A stretch of 63,876 bases of DNA, filler included, from Candidatus Tectimicrobiota bacterium (GTDB lineage: Bacteria > JACPSX01): the NCBI GenBank assembly GCA_016193065.1. It is 8 parts of 8 records of this genome, joined end to end, with 100 filler letters (N's around TTAATTAATTAA, not from the genome) between each part and the next. Parts side by side here need not be neighbours in the genome. Positions count along the whole stretch, not along the records: positions 46,912 to 56,296 come from JACPSX010000178.1; positions 56,397 to 60,769 come from JACPSX010000162.1; 6 more parts are not named here. One strand, given 5' to 3'. Shown in pieces: positions 51,724-60,425 of this stretch (position 1 is the stretch's first letter; every line of letters begins with the position of its first letter). The position numbers and the translations under genes are program-made. Under the pieces are notes generated by a model. That model made no database searches. It was not told the DNA's origin and saw only the letters and a list, made by a program, of their open reading frames with translations.

Positions 51724-53327
51724 AGGGGAAGATCAGGCTCAAGGATCTGTCCCGGAGGGATCGCCGTCCCCTGGTCCATCTGGAGAACCGCGACCTGATG
51801 CCTCTCCCGCCCCCCTTGGACGACCCCGCCGTGGACCCGCCATGGGCCCCCCTTGCGGACCGGGCCCGGGAAAAGTACGAGTGCTCCCTGGACGACACCT
51901 GCGCCGTGAACGTGCCGCAGCCGAAGAGCCCGGAAGAAGAGTGGGAGCTGGTCCTCAAGTTTCTCTCGGGACTGCAAAAGCTCTTCACCCGGGAAAACAA
52001 CTGGACCTTTCTCCAACCCCTTCTCCTCACCATGGAGCACTGCGCCAAGTGCCAGACCTGCTCCAAGGCCTGCCATATCTTCGAAGCCAGCGGGAACAAC
52101 GAACTCTACCGTCCCACCTACCGTTCCGAGGTCATGCGCCGCCTCTACTTCAAGTACGTCAAGCACGGCGGCCTGCTCTCCGCCTGGCAGCACGGTGACA
52201 TCCACCTGAACTGGCCTCTGGTAGCCCGCCTCATCGAGCTCTCCTACCGCTGCAACCTCTGCCGCCGCTGCGCCCAGACCTGCCCCATCGGCGCGGACAA
52301 CGGCCTCGTGGCCCACGAGCTCCGCAAGCTGTTCAGCATGGAGATGGGAATAGCCCCCCGGGAGATCCACGACAACGGCTCCATGCTCCAAATCCGGGTC
52401 GGTTCCTCCACGGGGATGAACCCCACGGTGGTCAAGGACAACATAGCATTCATCGACGAGGACATGAGCGAGCGGACCGGCATCCCGGTGGAGACTCCCT
52501 GGGACGTGGAGGGCGCCGACGTGCTCCTGATCCACAATGCCGGCGAGATCATGGCCTGGCCGGAGAACCCCGGCGCCTTCGCCCTGATCCTCAACGCGGC
52601 CGGGATCCGCTGGACCCTGTCCTCCGAGCTCGCGGGCTACGACGCCATCAACTATGGGCTCTGGTATGACGACGCCCAGTTCGCCCGGGTGGCCCTAAGT
52701 CACGCCGAGATCGTCAGGAAACTCAAGGTCAAGAAGATCATCCTGGGAGAGTGCGGGCACGCCCACAAGGCCCTGTCCGTGGTCGCGGACCGCCTTCTCA
52801 CAGGCGGCCTGAACATCCCCCGGGAGAGCTCCATGACGCTTCTGCGGGACATCGTCATGAACGGCCGTCTCAAGCTGGACCCCGGCCGCAACAACTTCCC
52901 CGTGACGCTCCATGACCCCTGCAACATGGTGCGGCTCATGGGGGTCGTGGAGCCCCAGAGGGAGATCCTCCGCAAGATCTGCCCCCGGTTCCGGGAGATG
53001 GAGCCTCACGGAGTGGACAACTACTGCTGCTGCGGGGGGAGCGGATTCGCCATCATAAGCGGCCACAATGTCCCCGACTGGCGCTTCCACGTCTCCGGGC
53101 GCAAGAAGCTCCAGCAGATCCTCAGCGCCTTCGCAGATTGCCTGGAGCCCGAAACGCCCAAGTACGTGTGCGCCCCGTGCAGCAACTGCAAGGGACAGTT
53201 CCGGGACCTGCTGGCCTACTATGACCTGTGGGAAAAGAACCGGATCCTGTACGGAGGCTTGGCGGAACTCATCGTGAACGCCATGGCGGATGTGAAACCG
53301 GGCTATATCGAATGGGAATGGCGGTAG
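51720..53327 (+). CDS. second DsrK-like Fe-S protein, DsrK2
   Basis: CAKCQTCSKAC, CNLCRRCAQTCPIG, GECGH, HDPC, YCCCGG, CAPCSNC. Confidence 0.88.
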   Translation: MKGKIRLKDLSRRDRRPLVHLENRDLMPLPPPLDDPAVDPPWAPLADRAREKYECSLDDTCAVNVPQPKSPEEEWELVLKFLSGLQKLFTRENNWTFLQPLLLTMEHCAKCQTCSKACHIFEASGNNELYRPTYRSEVMRRLYFKYVKHGGLLSAWQHGDIHLNWPLVARLIELSYRCNLCRRCAQTCPIGADNGLVAHELRKLFSMEMGIAPREIHDNGSMLQIRVGSSTGMNPTVVKDNIAFIDEDMSERTGIPVETPWDVEGADVLLIHNAGEIMAWPENPGAFALILNAAGIRWTLSSELAGYDAINYGLWYDDAQFARVALSHAEIVRKLKVKKIILGECGHAHKALSVVADRLLTGGLNIPRESSMTLLRDIVMNGRLKLDPGRNNFPVTLHDPCNMVRLMGVVEPQREILRKICPRFREMEPHGVDNYCCCGGSGFAIISGHNVPDWRFHVSGRKKLQQILSAFADCLEPETPKYVCAPCSNCKGQFRDLLAYYDLWEKNRILYGGLAELIVNAMADVKPGYIEWEWR

Positions 53328-53346
53328 CAAATTGCTGAAAAACCCT

Positions 53347-53439
53347 CCGTTCACCCTTCGACCAGGCTCAGGGCGAACGGAAGGGAGTCCCGAAACAGCT
53401 CATGATTTTCCGTTCGTGGTGAGCTCGTCGAACCACGAA
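53347..53439. repeat. REP-like palindromic pair (CCGTTCG...TTCGAC..GCTCA...CGAACGG family); more copies at 57371-57461, 58323-58406, 59225-59257, 60190-60246, 60370-60396
   Basis: Recurrent cttcgacNNgctcagggcgaacgg / ccgttcgtggtgagc..gtcgaaccacgaa units. Confidence 0.8.
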
Positions 53440-53483
53440 AAGGACCTTTTCCGCGACCTGTTAGTCGGATCCGGAGGTGGAAG

Positions 53484-54326
53484 ATGAGTCAAGTTCCCGT
53501 CCCAGAAGGATCGAAGGGAAACCACCCTGCGGCAAACGGTACCGGGAAAGTGTTCCTGGTGGGGGCGGGACCAGGGGATCCAGACCTTCTCACACTCAAG
53601 GGGAAACGCTGCCTGGAAGTCGCCGATGTGGTCGTCTACGACGCTCTAGTGGATAAAGGGCTTCTCGATTTCTGCCGCCCCGGCGCCCGCCGTATCTATG
53701 CGGGCAAGCGGGACGGATACCACAGCCGCCCTCAGGAGGAGATCAATGAGATCCTGATCCGCGAAGCCCGAGCCGGTCGTACCGTGGTCCGGCTCAAGGG
53801 CGGCGATCCGTTCATCTTCGGTCGCGGTGGAGAGGAAGCGCAGGCGCTCGCTGAAGCAGGGATCCCCTTTGAAGTGGTCCCGGGCGTCAGCGCCGGAATT
53901 GCAGCGCCGGCCTACGCGGGTATCCCGCTCACCCACCGGGACTTCACCCCCGAGGTGACGTTTCTTACGGGGCACGAGAGTTCCCAAAGGGAAGTGTCGG
54001 CAATCCAGTGGGACAGGCACGCTCGCGGATCCGGCACGCTGGTCATCTTCATGGGGCTCCACAACCTCCGGAAGATCACGGACGCATTAATGGAGTATGG
54101 CCGCAGTCCGGCCTGCCCCGTGGCCGTAATCCAATGCGGCACCACGGCAAGGCAGATCACTGTCGTAGGGACTCTGGCGGAGATTGCCGAGCAGGTGGAG
54201 GCCGCCGGCCTGGAACCACCAGCCCTCATCGTGGTTGGAGAGGTGGTCAGGCTGCGGGAAATTCTGCAGTGGTTCCCGGAAAAGGAACCTCTCAACGCGG
54301 CGCTCCGGACGGACTCGGAGGAATGA
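53484..54326 (+). CDS. cobA: uroporphyrinogen-III C-methyltransferase (siroheme synthesis)
   Basis: LVGAGPGDPDLLTLKG, RLKGGDPFIFGRGGEE, VPGVSA. Confidence 0.95.
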   Translation: MSQVPVPEGSKGNHPAANGTGKVFLVGAGPGDPDLLTLKGKRCLEVADVVVYDALVDKGLLDFCRPGARRIYAGKRDGYHSRPQEEINEILIREARAGRTVVRLKGGDPFIFGRGGEEAQALAEAGIPFEVVPGVSAGIAAPAYAGIPLTHRDFTPEVTFLTGHESSQREVSAIQWDRHARGSGTLVIFMGLHNLRKITDALMEYGRSPACPVAVIQCGTTARQITVVGTLAEIAEQVEAAGLEPPALIVVGEVVRLREILQWFPEKEPLNAALRTDSEE

Positions 54327-54370
54327 TCCACGGGCACCCGCTGATCCTTGAACATACGAGAGGAGATACC

Positions 54371-55603
54371 ATGCGCCGACTGATTTGGCTCTTTTTCCTA
54401 CCCGCGTCGTTATTTCTGCTGGCCGCGGTGCCACAAGCCGCGGAGCAGTGCATTACCTGCCATACGAATCCGGCCAAGCTCCAGGCGCTGATCCGGCCTC
54501 CGGCAGAGATTGCCCAGGAAGAAGGCGAGGGCTGAGCGGCGCCCATCCCCCGGTCGGGGGAGCTCTGGGAACGGGTCCTGGTGAACCCGGAGTTTCTGAA
54601 ATCCACCCATGCCCAACCCGGCTGCAGCGGCTGCCACGGCGGTGACCCGCGTGCCACCGACAAGGACAAAGCTCACGACCAGCGGGTCCGCGCCCCCTCG
54701 GACGCCATGGAGAAGCAGTGCGGGATCTGCCACGCCAATGTGGTGAAGACGTACCGCACGTCCCTGCACTTCACCACCCGGGGCTACGACACGGTCATGC
54801 AGGCCAAGAGCGGATCCAGATGGGAACAGGTGGAGCCCATCGTGCAGCAGGCGTGTCACAGGTGCCATGCCAGTTGTGGGGACTGCCACGTGCGCTGGCC
54901 TGCCGCCGCCGAGGGCGGTTTGCTGAAAGGGCACCTGTTCGTGAAAGAGCCACCGGTAGAGTCCACCTGCAACGGCTGCCACAGCGGCCGGGTCAGCCCG
55001 GAGTACTTCGGCTGGAACGCCAGCCAGCCGGCCGACGTCCACTGGAACAAGGCAAAGATGGGCTGCACGGCCTGCCACGAGGTAAAGGATCTCCACGGAG
55101 ACGGGACGCCGTATCGGTACCGGTTGGATCGGTCTTCACAGCCCCGCTGCCTGAGCTGCCACCCGCAGGCCGCGCCGGGTAAGTCCGTCGTGGAGGCTCA
55201 CAACGTGCATGGGGAGAAACTGGAATGCCACGTCTGTCACTCGGTCAAGTACGTCAACTGTTACGGCTGTCACCTGGGCAAGGGGGCCCGCTCCGAACTG
55301 GACTTTCGCATCGGGCTGAACCTGCGCAAGGACCGCCCTTACGTTTACAACCTGGTGCGGCACGCCCCCACGACGCGGGAGATGCTAGAGACCCGAGTAG
55401 CCGACGCCCTGCCAAATTACGATGACTTCCCCACCTGGCTGCCGGCCTTCCCGCACAACATCCAGCGGGTGACGCCGCAGAACAGGACCTGCAATAGTTG
55501 TCATGGAAGCGCGGAATTGTTCCTGCTGCAAGACAAGCTCGATCCGCGGTATCCAAAGGCAAACGCCAAGGCGGCGATCTCCCGGATACCGCCGAAACGG
55601 TGA
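54371..55603 (+). CDS. exported 11-heme cytochrome c selenoprotein (Sec55, TGA 54533-54535)
   Basis: AGGAG RBS, signal peptide, CITCH, EEGEG-TGA-AAPIP, then 10 more CxxCH motifs in the same frame; SECIS-like hairpin. Confidence 0.85.
54534..54565 (+). promoter_or_regulatory. bacterial SECIS-like stem-loop
   Basis: TCCCCC-GGTC-GGGGGA (54546-54561), with the loop 16 nt after the UGA; lower stem GAGC/GCTC. Confidence 0.72.
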
Positions 55604-55638
55604 TCCCGTTGCGCGCAGAGGCGCGAGGAGGAAAAGCC

Positions 55639-56296
55639 ATGAAGCGAGGCTCGATTCTGACTCTGCTGGTGCTGGCGATTCTGGGGCTGGTGGGGTCAGG
55701 CTGGGCCGCGGACTATGCGCGGCCCGATCTCATCATCTCCACCGACGAGCTGGCGGGGATCCTCACCCATCCCGAGATCAAGATCCTGGATGCGCGAGGC
55801 CCGGAGGACTACAAGGCCGGACACATAGCCGGAGCGATCCCCCTGCCGCATGGCAAGACCCAATACGTGGAGCGAGGAGTTCCGGGTGTCGTGGCGCCTG
55901 TGGAGAGGCTGGAGGGGCTTTTCGGTGAGCTGGGTATCCGGCCAACCGACACCCTAGTCCTCTACGACGATATTGTAGGTGAGCCGGTCACCCGGCTGTT
56001 TTGGACCTTTGACGTCCTGGGCCACAACAAGGTTCGGGTCTTGAACGGCGGCATGAGCAAATGGGCGAAAGAGGGACGCCCGGTCAGCAAGGAGGAGACG
56101 GCCATCGCGCCGGCCAAATACACGGCCAAGCCGGACTGGACCAAGTTCGCGGACGCCGCCTATGTCCTGGTAAACCTGAAGAACTCTCAAGTGGCTCTGG
56201 TGGACTGCCGGGGACCGAAGGAGTGGTCAGGGGAGGTAGCCAGCCGGCAGGTAAAGCGGGCGGGCCGGATTCCCGGGGCCAAAAACGTAGACTGGG
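55639..56296 (+). CDS. exported tandem-domain rhodanese/sulfurtransferase (3' partial)
   Basis: Signal peptide, ILDAR...YKAGHIAGA, VLYDD, LNGG..KW, VDCR...GRIPGAKNVDW. Confidence 0.92.
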
Positions 56297-56396
56297 NNNN
56301 NNNNNNNNNNNNNNNNNNNNNNNNNNNNNNNNNNNNNNNNTTAATTAATTAANNNNNNNNNNNNNNNNNNNNNNNNNNNNNNNNNNNNNNNNNNNN

Positions 56397-56494
56397 CCGA
56401 GGCGGTTCCTCTCGGCGGCTGACTTCCTTGCATCGAGCGCCGCCTGAATGGCCTGTCGGCGGGCTTCAATCGGGTTCTCATGTCGCGCGATCAT
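56397..56494 (-). CDS. N-terminus of an Eco57I-like DNA methyltransferase (cut by contig end)
   Basis: MIARHENPIEARRQAIQAALDARKSAAERNRLG; follows the XamI-like gene. Confidence 0.6.
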
Positions 56495-56524
56495 TGGCGC
56501 TATAGCCCCAGTTTCGCGAGGTCG

Positions 56525-56906
56525 TCAATCGTGGTCGGTCGGGGCCGTCCGGTTGTCGAGCCATAGAAAAATGTCCCGGTCCAAGAGCCGCGAGAGAATG
56601 CGGCAGTGTGAGGTTCTTGCTCGCGTCGGCCAGGCCGATCAGGCGGTCGACCGCGAGCGGCGGGGCTGTGCACATGCGGAGCGTAGAGAGTGCGCCCGGG
56701 TTGGCCTTCAGCATGGCTGCGCTTAGAGTGCGCAGGTCGTTGGTCGCTAAAAGTGCCGCCTTCACGTGTTCAGTCGTCTCCACCCGCGTGGAACGAAATG
56801 CCTCGGGCGCAAACCGCATGAACCACTGGTTGAATTGGTCAACAGAGGCCGCAATGTCGGCCTTCCAGAGTTGTGGCTTGTCGGCGTTGATCCGTCTGGC
56901 TTTCAT
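56525..56906 (-). pseudogene. XamI family restriction endonuclease remnant
   Basis: INADKPQLWKADIAASVDQFNQWFMRFAP...LRMCTAPPLAVDRLIGL, then CRILSRLLDRDIFLWLD* in a shifted frame. Confidence 0.75.
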
Positions 56907-56937
56907 GAAGGTCCCCACAATCGTGCCGCAACAATGA

Positions 56938-57087
56938 TTAGCCCCAGACCTCCTCACGGTCCTTGCTGTGCCAGATTACCCTGCCACTTTGCACTTCCAG
57001 GGCTTCATTGTTCTGAGGGTTCTCCAGCAGGACCCATTCGGACTCGAACTGGACCTCGATTTGGGTGACGGTCATGACATCATCCAT
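56938..57087 (-). pseudogene. truncated small DUF5678-like protein
   Basis: GGAGG RBS; MDDVMTVTQIEVQFESEWVLLENP...GRVIWHSKDREEV, ending at 49 aa. Confidence 0.55.
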
Positions 57088-57222
57088 ACTGTTGTCCTCC
57101 CGAGAGAATTATAGCATCGGGCAACCGGCGGAGAATAGCCCTGGCAAGCGCCTCTTCGGCTCGGCTTCTGAGTGTGTTATGTGGTGACGGAGAGGACATC
57201 CGCGATCCATACTCGCGCCCCT

Positions 57223-57389
57223 GGAAGTTTGAGCTGGAACCGGGAGATAATTGGTGGTCGTTGGTAAACAAATTCTAAACCTGTTGCACTGGAGGATACA
57301 AGGAGGTTTTTCGACGTGCGGAACACCAGTAGTTGGCCGAAAGCCGCCGTATGGAGCCCAGGAGAAGGCGCCGTTCATGGTTCGACAAG
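57223..57389 (-). repeat. promoter-bearing direct repeat, copy A
   Basis: Matches copies B and C; TTGTAT(57301-57296)-18-TAGAAT(57277-57272). Confidence 0.88.
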
Positions 57390-57528
57390 CATGTCCTGAG
57401 CGACTGTTCGCCCTTCGACGCGCTCAGGGCGAACGGGGAGAGAAGGGCTCACCACGAACGGAAAGTGGACAAGGAAATCCCCCTTCACCCTGGCCCTCTC
57501 CCCCTCGGGGGAGAGGGGAGATGAGCAA

Positions 57529-57972
57529 TTAGGGAGCCTTGGCTGTTTCGACATTGAGAGGCCGAAGATGTTCGCCGGCGGCTGCCTGAAGCAGGCGCTC
57601 ATCGGCTGCGGCAAACGTGATCTCCTCGCCCAGAGCACGTTGGAGACTGAGAGCAGAAGCCAAGTGAATTGCATCGAATCCCCTGAGGGGATGCCGTCGG
57701 ATCAGATCACGAGCGAAAAGGAGAACCTCATCCAGCAGGTCCACACGAACATAGGCCTGCCAATCGGTTTCGAACTGCCGGCAGGCCATGGCATATGCGT
57801 TGTCTGAAAGATGACCTTCCCGAAGTTTTCGCGTAAGACCCGCGTAAACTTCGGCATAGGCGACCTTCGCAGTGGCCACAGGTCCTCTGCGGATCACAAG
57901 GGTCCTGACCAGGGGTGATCCCTTTTCGACCACGAAGCGTTTGATGAGCGCGCTGGTGTCGAGATAGTTCAT
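57529..57972 (-). CDS. VapC/PIN toxin
   Basis: YLDTSALIK, LRGFDAIHLASAL, ADERL. Confidence 0.92.
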   Translation of the reverse strand: MNYLDTSALIKRFVVEKGSPLVRTLVIRRGPVATAKVAYAEVYAGLTRKLREGHLSDNAYAMACRQFETDWQAYVRVDLLDEVLLFARDLIRRHPLRGFDAIHLASALSLQRALGEEITFAAADERLLQAAAGEHLRPLNVETAKAP

Positions 57973-58250
57973 CGGCGATCCGCCAGGATGGTTTTCGAGG
58001 TCGGCGGTCCGGAGACCCTCGCGAGAGACACCCTTTTCAAGGGCTTCCGTGTCGGGAGTGTCAGAAGGCCCCGAGCCGCCAACTGGGCAAGTCGTGCGTC
58101 CAGACTCACGGCCTGTGCTACGGCTTGAATCGGCTGGATCATCGCGATGGGCTTTCCCCGTTCCGTGATGATGACCTCTTCACCTTGTTTGGTGCGGCGA
58201 AGGTAGTGGGTGAGTCGATTCTTGAGATCCTTGATTCCGACCGTGCTCAT
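57969..58250 (-). CDS. Phd/YefM family antitoxin
   Basis: MSTVGIKDLKNRLTHYLRR...GEEVIITERGKPIA. Confidence 0.92.
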   Translation of the reverse strand: MSTVGIKDLKNRLTHYLRRTKQGEEVIITERGKPIAMIQPIQAVAQAVSLDARLAQLAARGLLTLPTRKPLKRVSLARVSGPPTSKTILADRR

Positions 58251-58266
58251 GGGGATATCCTCCCAA

Positions 58267-58283
58267 GTAGCTATTGTAGCTAC
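58267..58283. promoter_or_regulatory. probable TA operator palindrome
   Basis: GTAGCTA-TTG-TAGCTAC immediately upstream of the antitoxin. Confidence 0.6.
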
Positions 58284-58481
58284 CTTGACGAACCTGTCAA
58301 GACAACATTGGCGGAGGATGTCCCGTTCGTGGTTCGACGCGCCTGAGCCTGCCGCTCTCCGGTTCGATAAACTCACTACAGGCTTCGACATGCTCAGGAC
58401 GAGCGGCGGAGTTGAAGGACAAGTTCGCCGCGGAAGGCTCTGGTCAGGGTGGATTGCTTCGTTTGGGAACGATCTACGTCC

Positions 58482-58632
58482 TCAGTCCAGCCCAGGGGCA
58501 AACCGGAGGGCGGCATCCACGGTCTCGATTTTCTCCGGTCGGAGAAGGCAAAGGCGCTCCCGGAGAGCTTTCTTGGGGATCGTCGTGATTGTATCCAGAT
58601 TAACGACACAGCAGCGGGGAAGGCCGCTTCAC
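58482..58632 (-). pseudogene. MazF/PemK toxin remnant (internal deletion with frameshift)
   Basis: Start GTGAAGCG overlaps the antitoxin stop; out-of-frame GLPRCCVVNLDTITTIPKKALRERLCLLRPEKIETVDAALRFA*. Confidence 0.75.
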
Positions 58633-58892
58633 GCCCACTCTTCCGTGGCGAGGAGGGCAGCCGCCGCTTGCTCACAGGCGGCTACTTCTTCCGGGCTCTC
58701 GGGTATTCTCCGATAGCCTTCTTCGTATCGGCGGATCTGGGCTTGTCGGTCGCGATTTTCCAGCCAAAGATGTACGGCTTCGAGAAACAGCGCGCTCCGG
58801 GTTTCGCCTCTCTCACGTCGGACTGCTTCCAGCTTCTTCCAGGTATCCCGGGGGAGGCTGATAGCGACTTTTACGCTTTTGGATATGGCCAC
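58629..58892 (-). CDS. ribbon-helix-helix (CopG/MazE-like) antitoxin
   Basis: KVAISLP...RSALFLEAV...YEEGYRRIPE. Confidence 0.85.
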   Translation of the reverse strand: MAISKSVKVAISLPRDTWKKLEAVRRERGETRSALFLEAVHLWLENRDRQAQIRRYEEGYRRIPESPEEVAACEQAAAALLATEEWA

Positions 58893-59071
58893 GTTTCCTC
58901 CGTCCGATCAGAAAATGTTCATACCAATGTATAACTACACGTCTTTGGCCTGTCAATATCGAACGGACTAGAAAGTGGAGGGGAAGTCGTCGTGGGATCG
59001 AATTCTACTAGAGGCACCGCGATAGGGTCAGGTGACATGAAAAAGGGGTCAAGCTCCAGTAGGATGGTGGT

Positions 59072-59313
59072 TGAGACGGAGGTTTGAGCTGGAACCGGGA
59101 AAATGTTGGTGGTCATTGGTAGGCAGATTCTAAATCTGTCGCACTGGAGGATACAAGGAGTTTTTCGACCTGAGGAACACCCGCGTTTGGCCGATGGCCG
59201 CCGTATGGAGCCCAGGAGAAGGGGCCGTTCGTGGTTCGACAGGCTCACCACGAACGGAACTTTGGGCGCGCCACGGCCGGATTTTCACCAGTCTGCGTGT
59301 CCCCCGGGCAGGC
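59072..59313 (-). repeat. promoter-bearing direct repeat, copy B
   Basis: TTGTAT(59156-59151)-18-TAGAAT(59132-59127); ATG at 59116 reading MTTNIFPVPAQTS. Confidence 0.88.
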
Positions 59314-59341
59314 CGGTAAGTTGTCAGCGCCTTTCAGGGCA

Positions 59342-59404
59342 CACCAACGGAAAGTTCAGCGGCGCGCCGCTTTTTTGCGCGTCTGTTGGGGCGGCTTGTT
59401 GGCA
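59342..59404 (-). mobile_element. attC-like integron recombination site
   Basis: TGCCAAC-AAGCC-GCCCCAAC-AGACGCGC-AAAAAA-GCGGCGCGCC-GCTGAAC-TTTCC-GTTGGTG. Confidence 0.65.
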
Positions 59405-59643
59405 TGAATTATCTTCTCATATAGAGTCTCTGGGGCCACGTCAGCTCCATTCGGCCAGGCGATGGTTCCACCTTCCACTGTTGCTTTTGAAAAAAGGCGC
59501 CTGTCCTTCAGTGCCTCAAAGACAGGTCCCTTGGACAGATACTCGGAAAAGTCAAGGTCTCCCTCAACGCCGTCGTCAAATTCAATATGGTAGATGTATT
59601 TACCGCGGTATTTGATGTTCCTGACTTCGTTAAAATCCCACAT
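59356..59643 (-). CDS. DUF2442 domain protein (putative antitoxin)
   Basis: IEFDDG..G..D...GPVFEALKD...F...GTIAWPNGADVAPETLY. Confidence 0.9.
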   Translation of the reverse strand: MWDFNEVRNIKYRGKYIYHIEFDDGVEGDLDFSEYLSKGPVFEALKDRRLFSKATVEGGTIAWPNGADVAPETLYEKIIHANKPPQQTRKKAARR

Positions 59644-59654
59644 GGTTCACCTCA

Positions 59655-59915
59655 TTATCCTAATGGATCGATCCTCTTCATCTCTCTGCCCTGCCGGGCC
59701 AATTCCCAGTCTCCAAGCAGTTCCTCTTGCCGAAGGTCAATCCATTCCCGAACAAGCTTCAAGGCCGTCCGAGATTGCAAGTCACCCTTCAGGATATTGC
59801 CCCGAAAGTCCAAAAGAGCCTTGCTGCCCTGATATTCTACATGAATATGCGGTGGATTGTGATCATCATAAAACATTCTAACGACGATCCCAAAGAAGAC
59901 TGAGATTATAGGCAT
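59655..59915 (-). CDS. DUF4160 domain protein (putative toxin)
   Basis: MPIISVFFGIVVRMFYDDHNPPHIHVEY...EW...W...IDPL. Confidence 0.9.
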   Translation of the reverse strand: MPIISVFFGIVVRMFYDDHNPPHIHVEYQGSKALLDFRGNILKGDLQSRTALKLVREWIDLRQEELLGDWELARQGREMKRIDPLG

Positions 59916-60062
59916 TGCGCCGCATCTTTTTCATGCCGAATGTGGTTAAAAGATTTCTTCATAGCTCCAGACCGCGGAATTGCAATTGCGCCCCCTGAGT
60001 TTCGGCCTGTAAATCATGTGTTGCCGGCGAATCATCGTGTCTTTCGCAAAAATGCCGGGGCG

Positions 60063-60280
60063 TGAGATGGAGGTTTGATCTGGAACCGGGAGAATGTTGG
60101 TGGTCATCGGTAGGCCAATTCTAAACCTGTCGCGTTTGCGGTACAAGGAGTTTTTCGACCTGTAGAACACCCGCGTTTGGCCGATGGCCGGCGTTCGTGC
60201 TTCGACATGCTCAGCACGAACGGAAGTTTGGGCGCACCACGAACGGACTTTCACCTGTCTGCGTGTCCGCGCGGGCAGGC
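60063..60280 (-). repeat. promoter-bearing direct repeat, copy C
   Basis: TTGTAC(60146-60141)-17-TAGAAT(60123-60118); MTTNILPVPDQTS. Confidence 0.88.
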
Positions 60281-60425
60281 GCACAGGCTGGCCGGAGGCG
60301 AAACCATTGTTCAAACATGAAAAGGCAATTATGCAAGCCTGACCGTACCCATCTCCTTAAAAACGCTTGGCCCTTCGACGAGCTCAGGGCGAACGGAATT
60401 GTAAAGAAGCGTTGGGGACACTACA

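Noticed and set aside
57223-60280. CRISPR array or DGR template/variable repeats
   Set aside because: The repeats are over 130 bp, separated by kb-scale genes, the mismatches are not adenine-specific, and no cas or RT gene is present.
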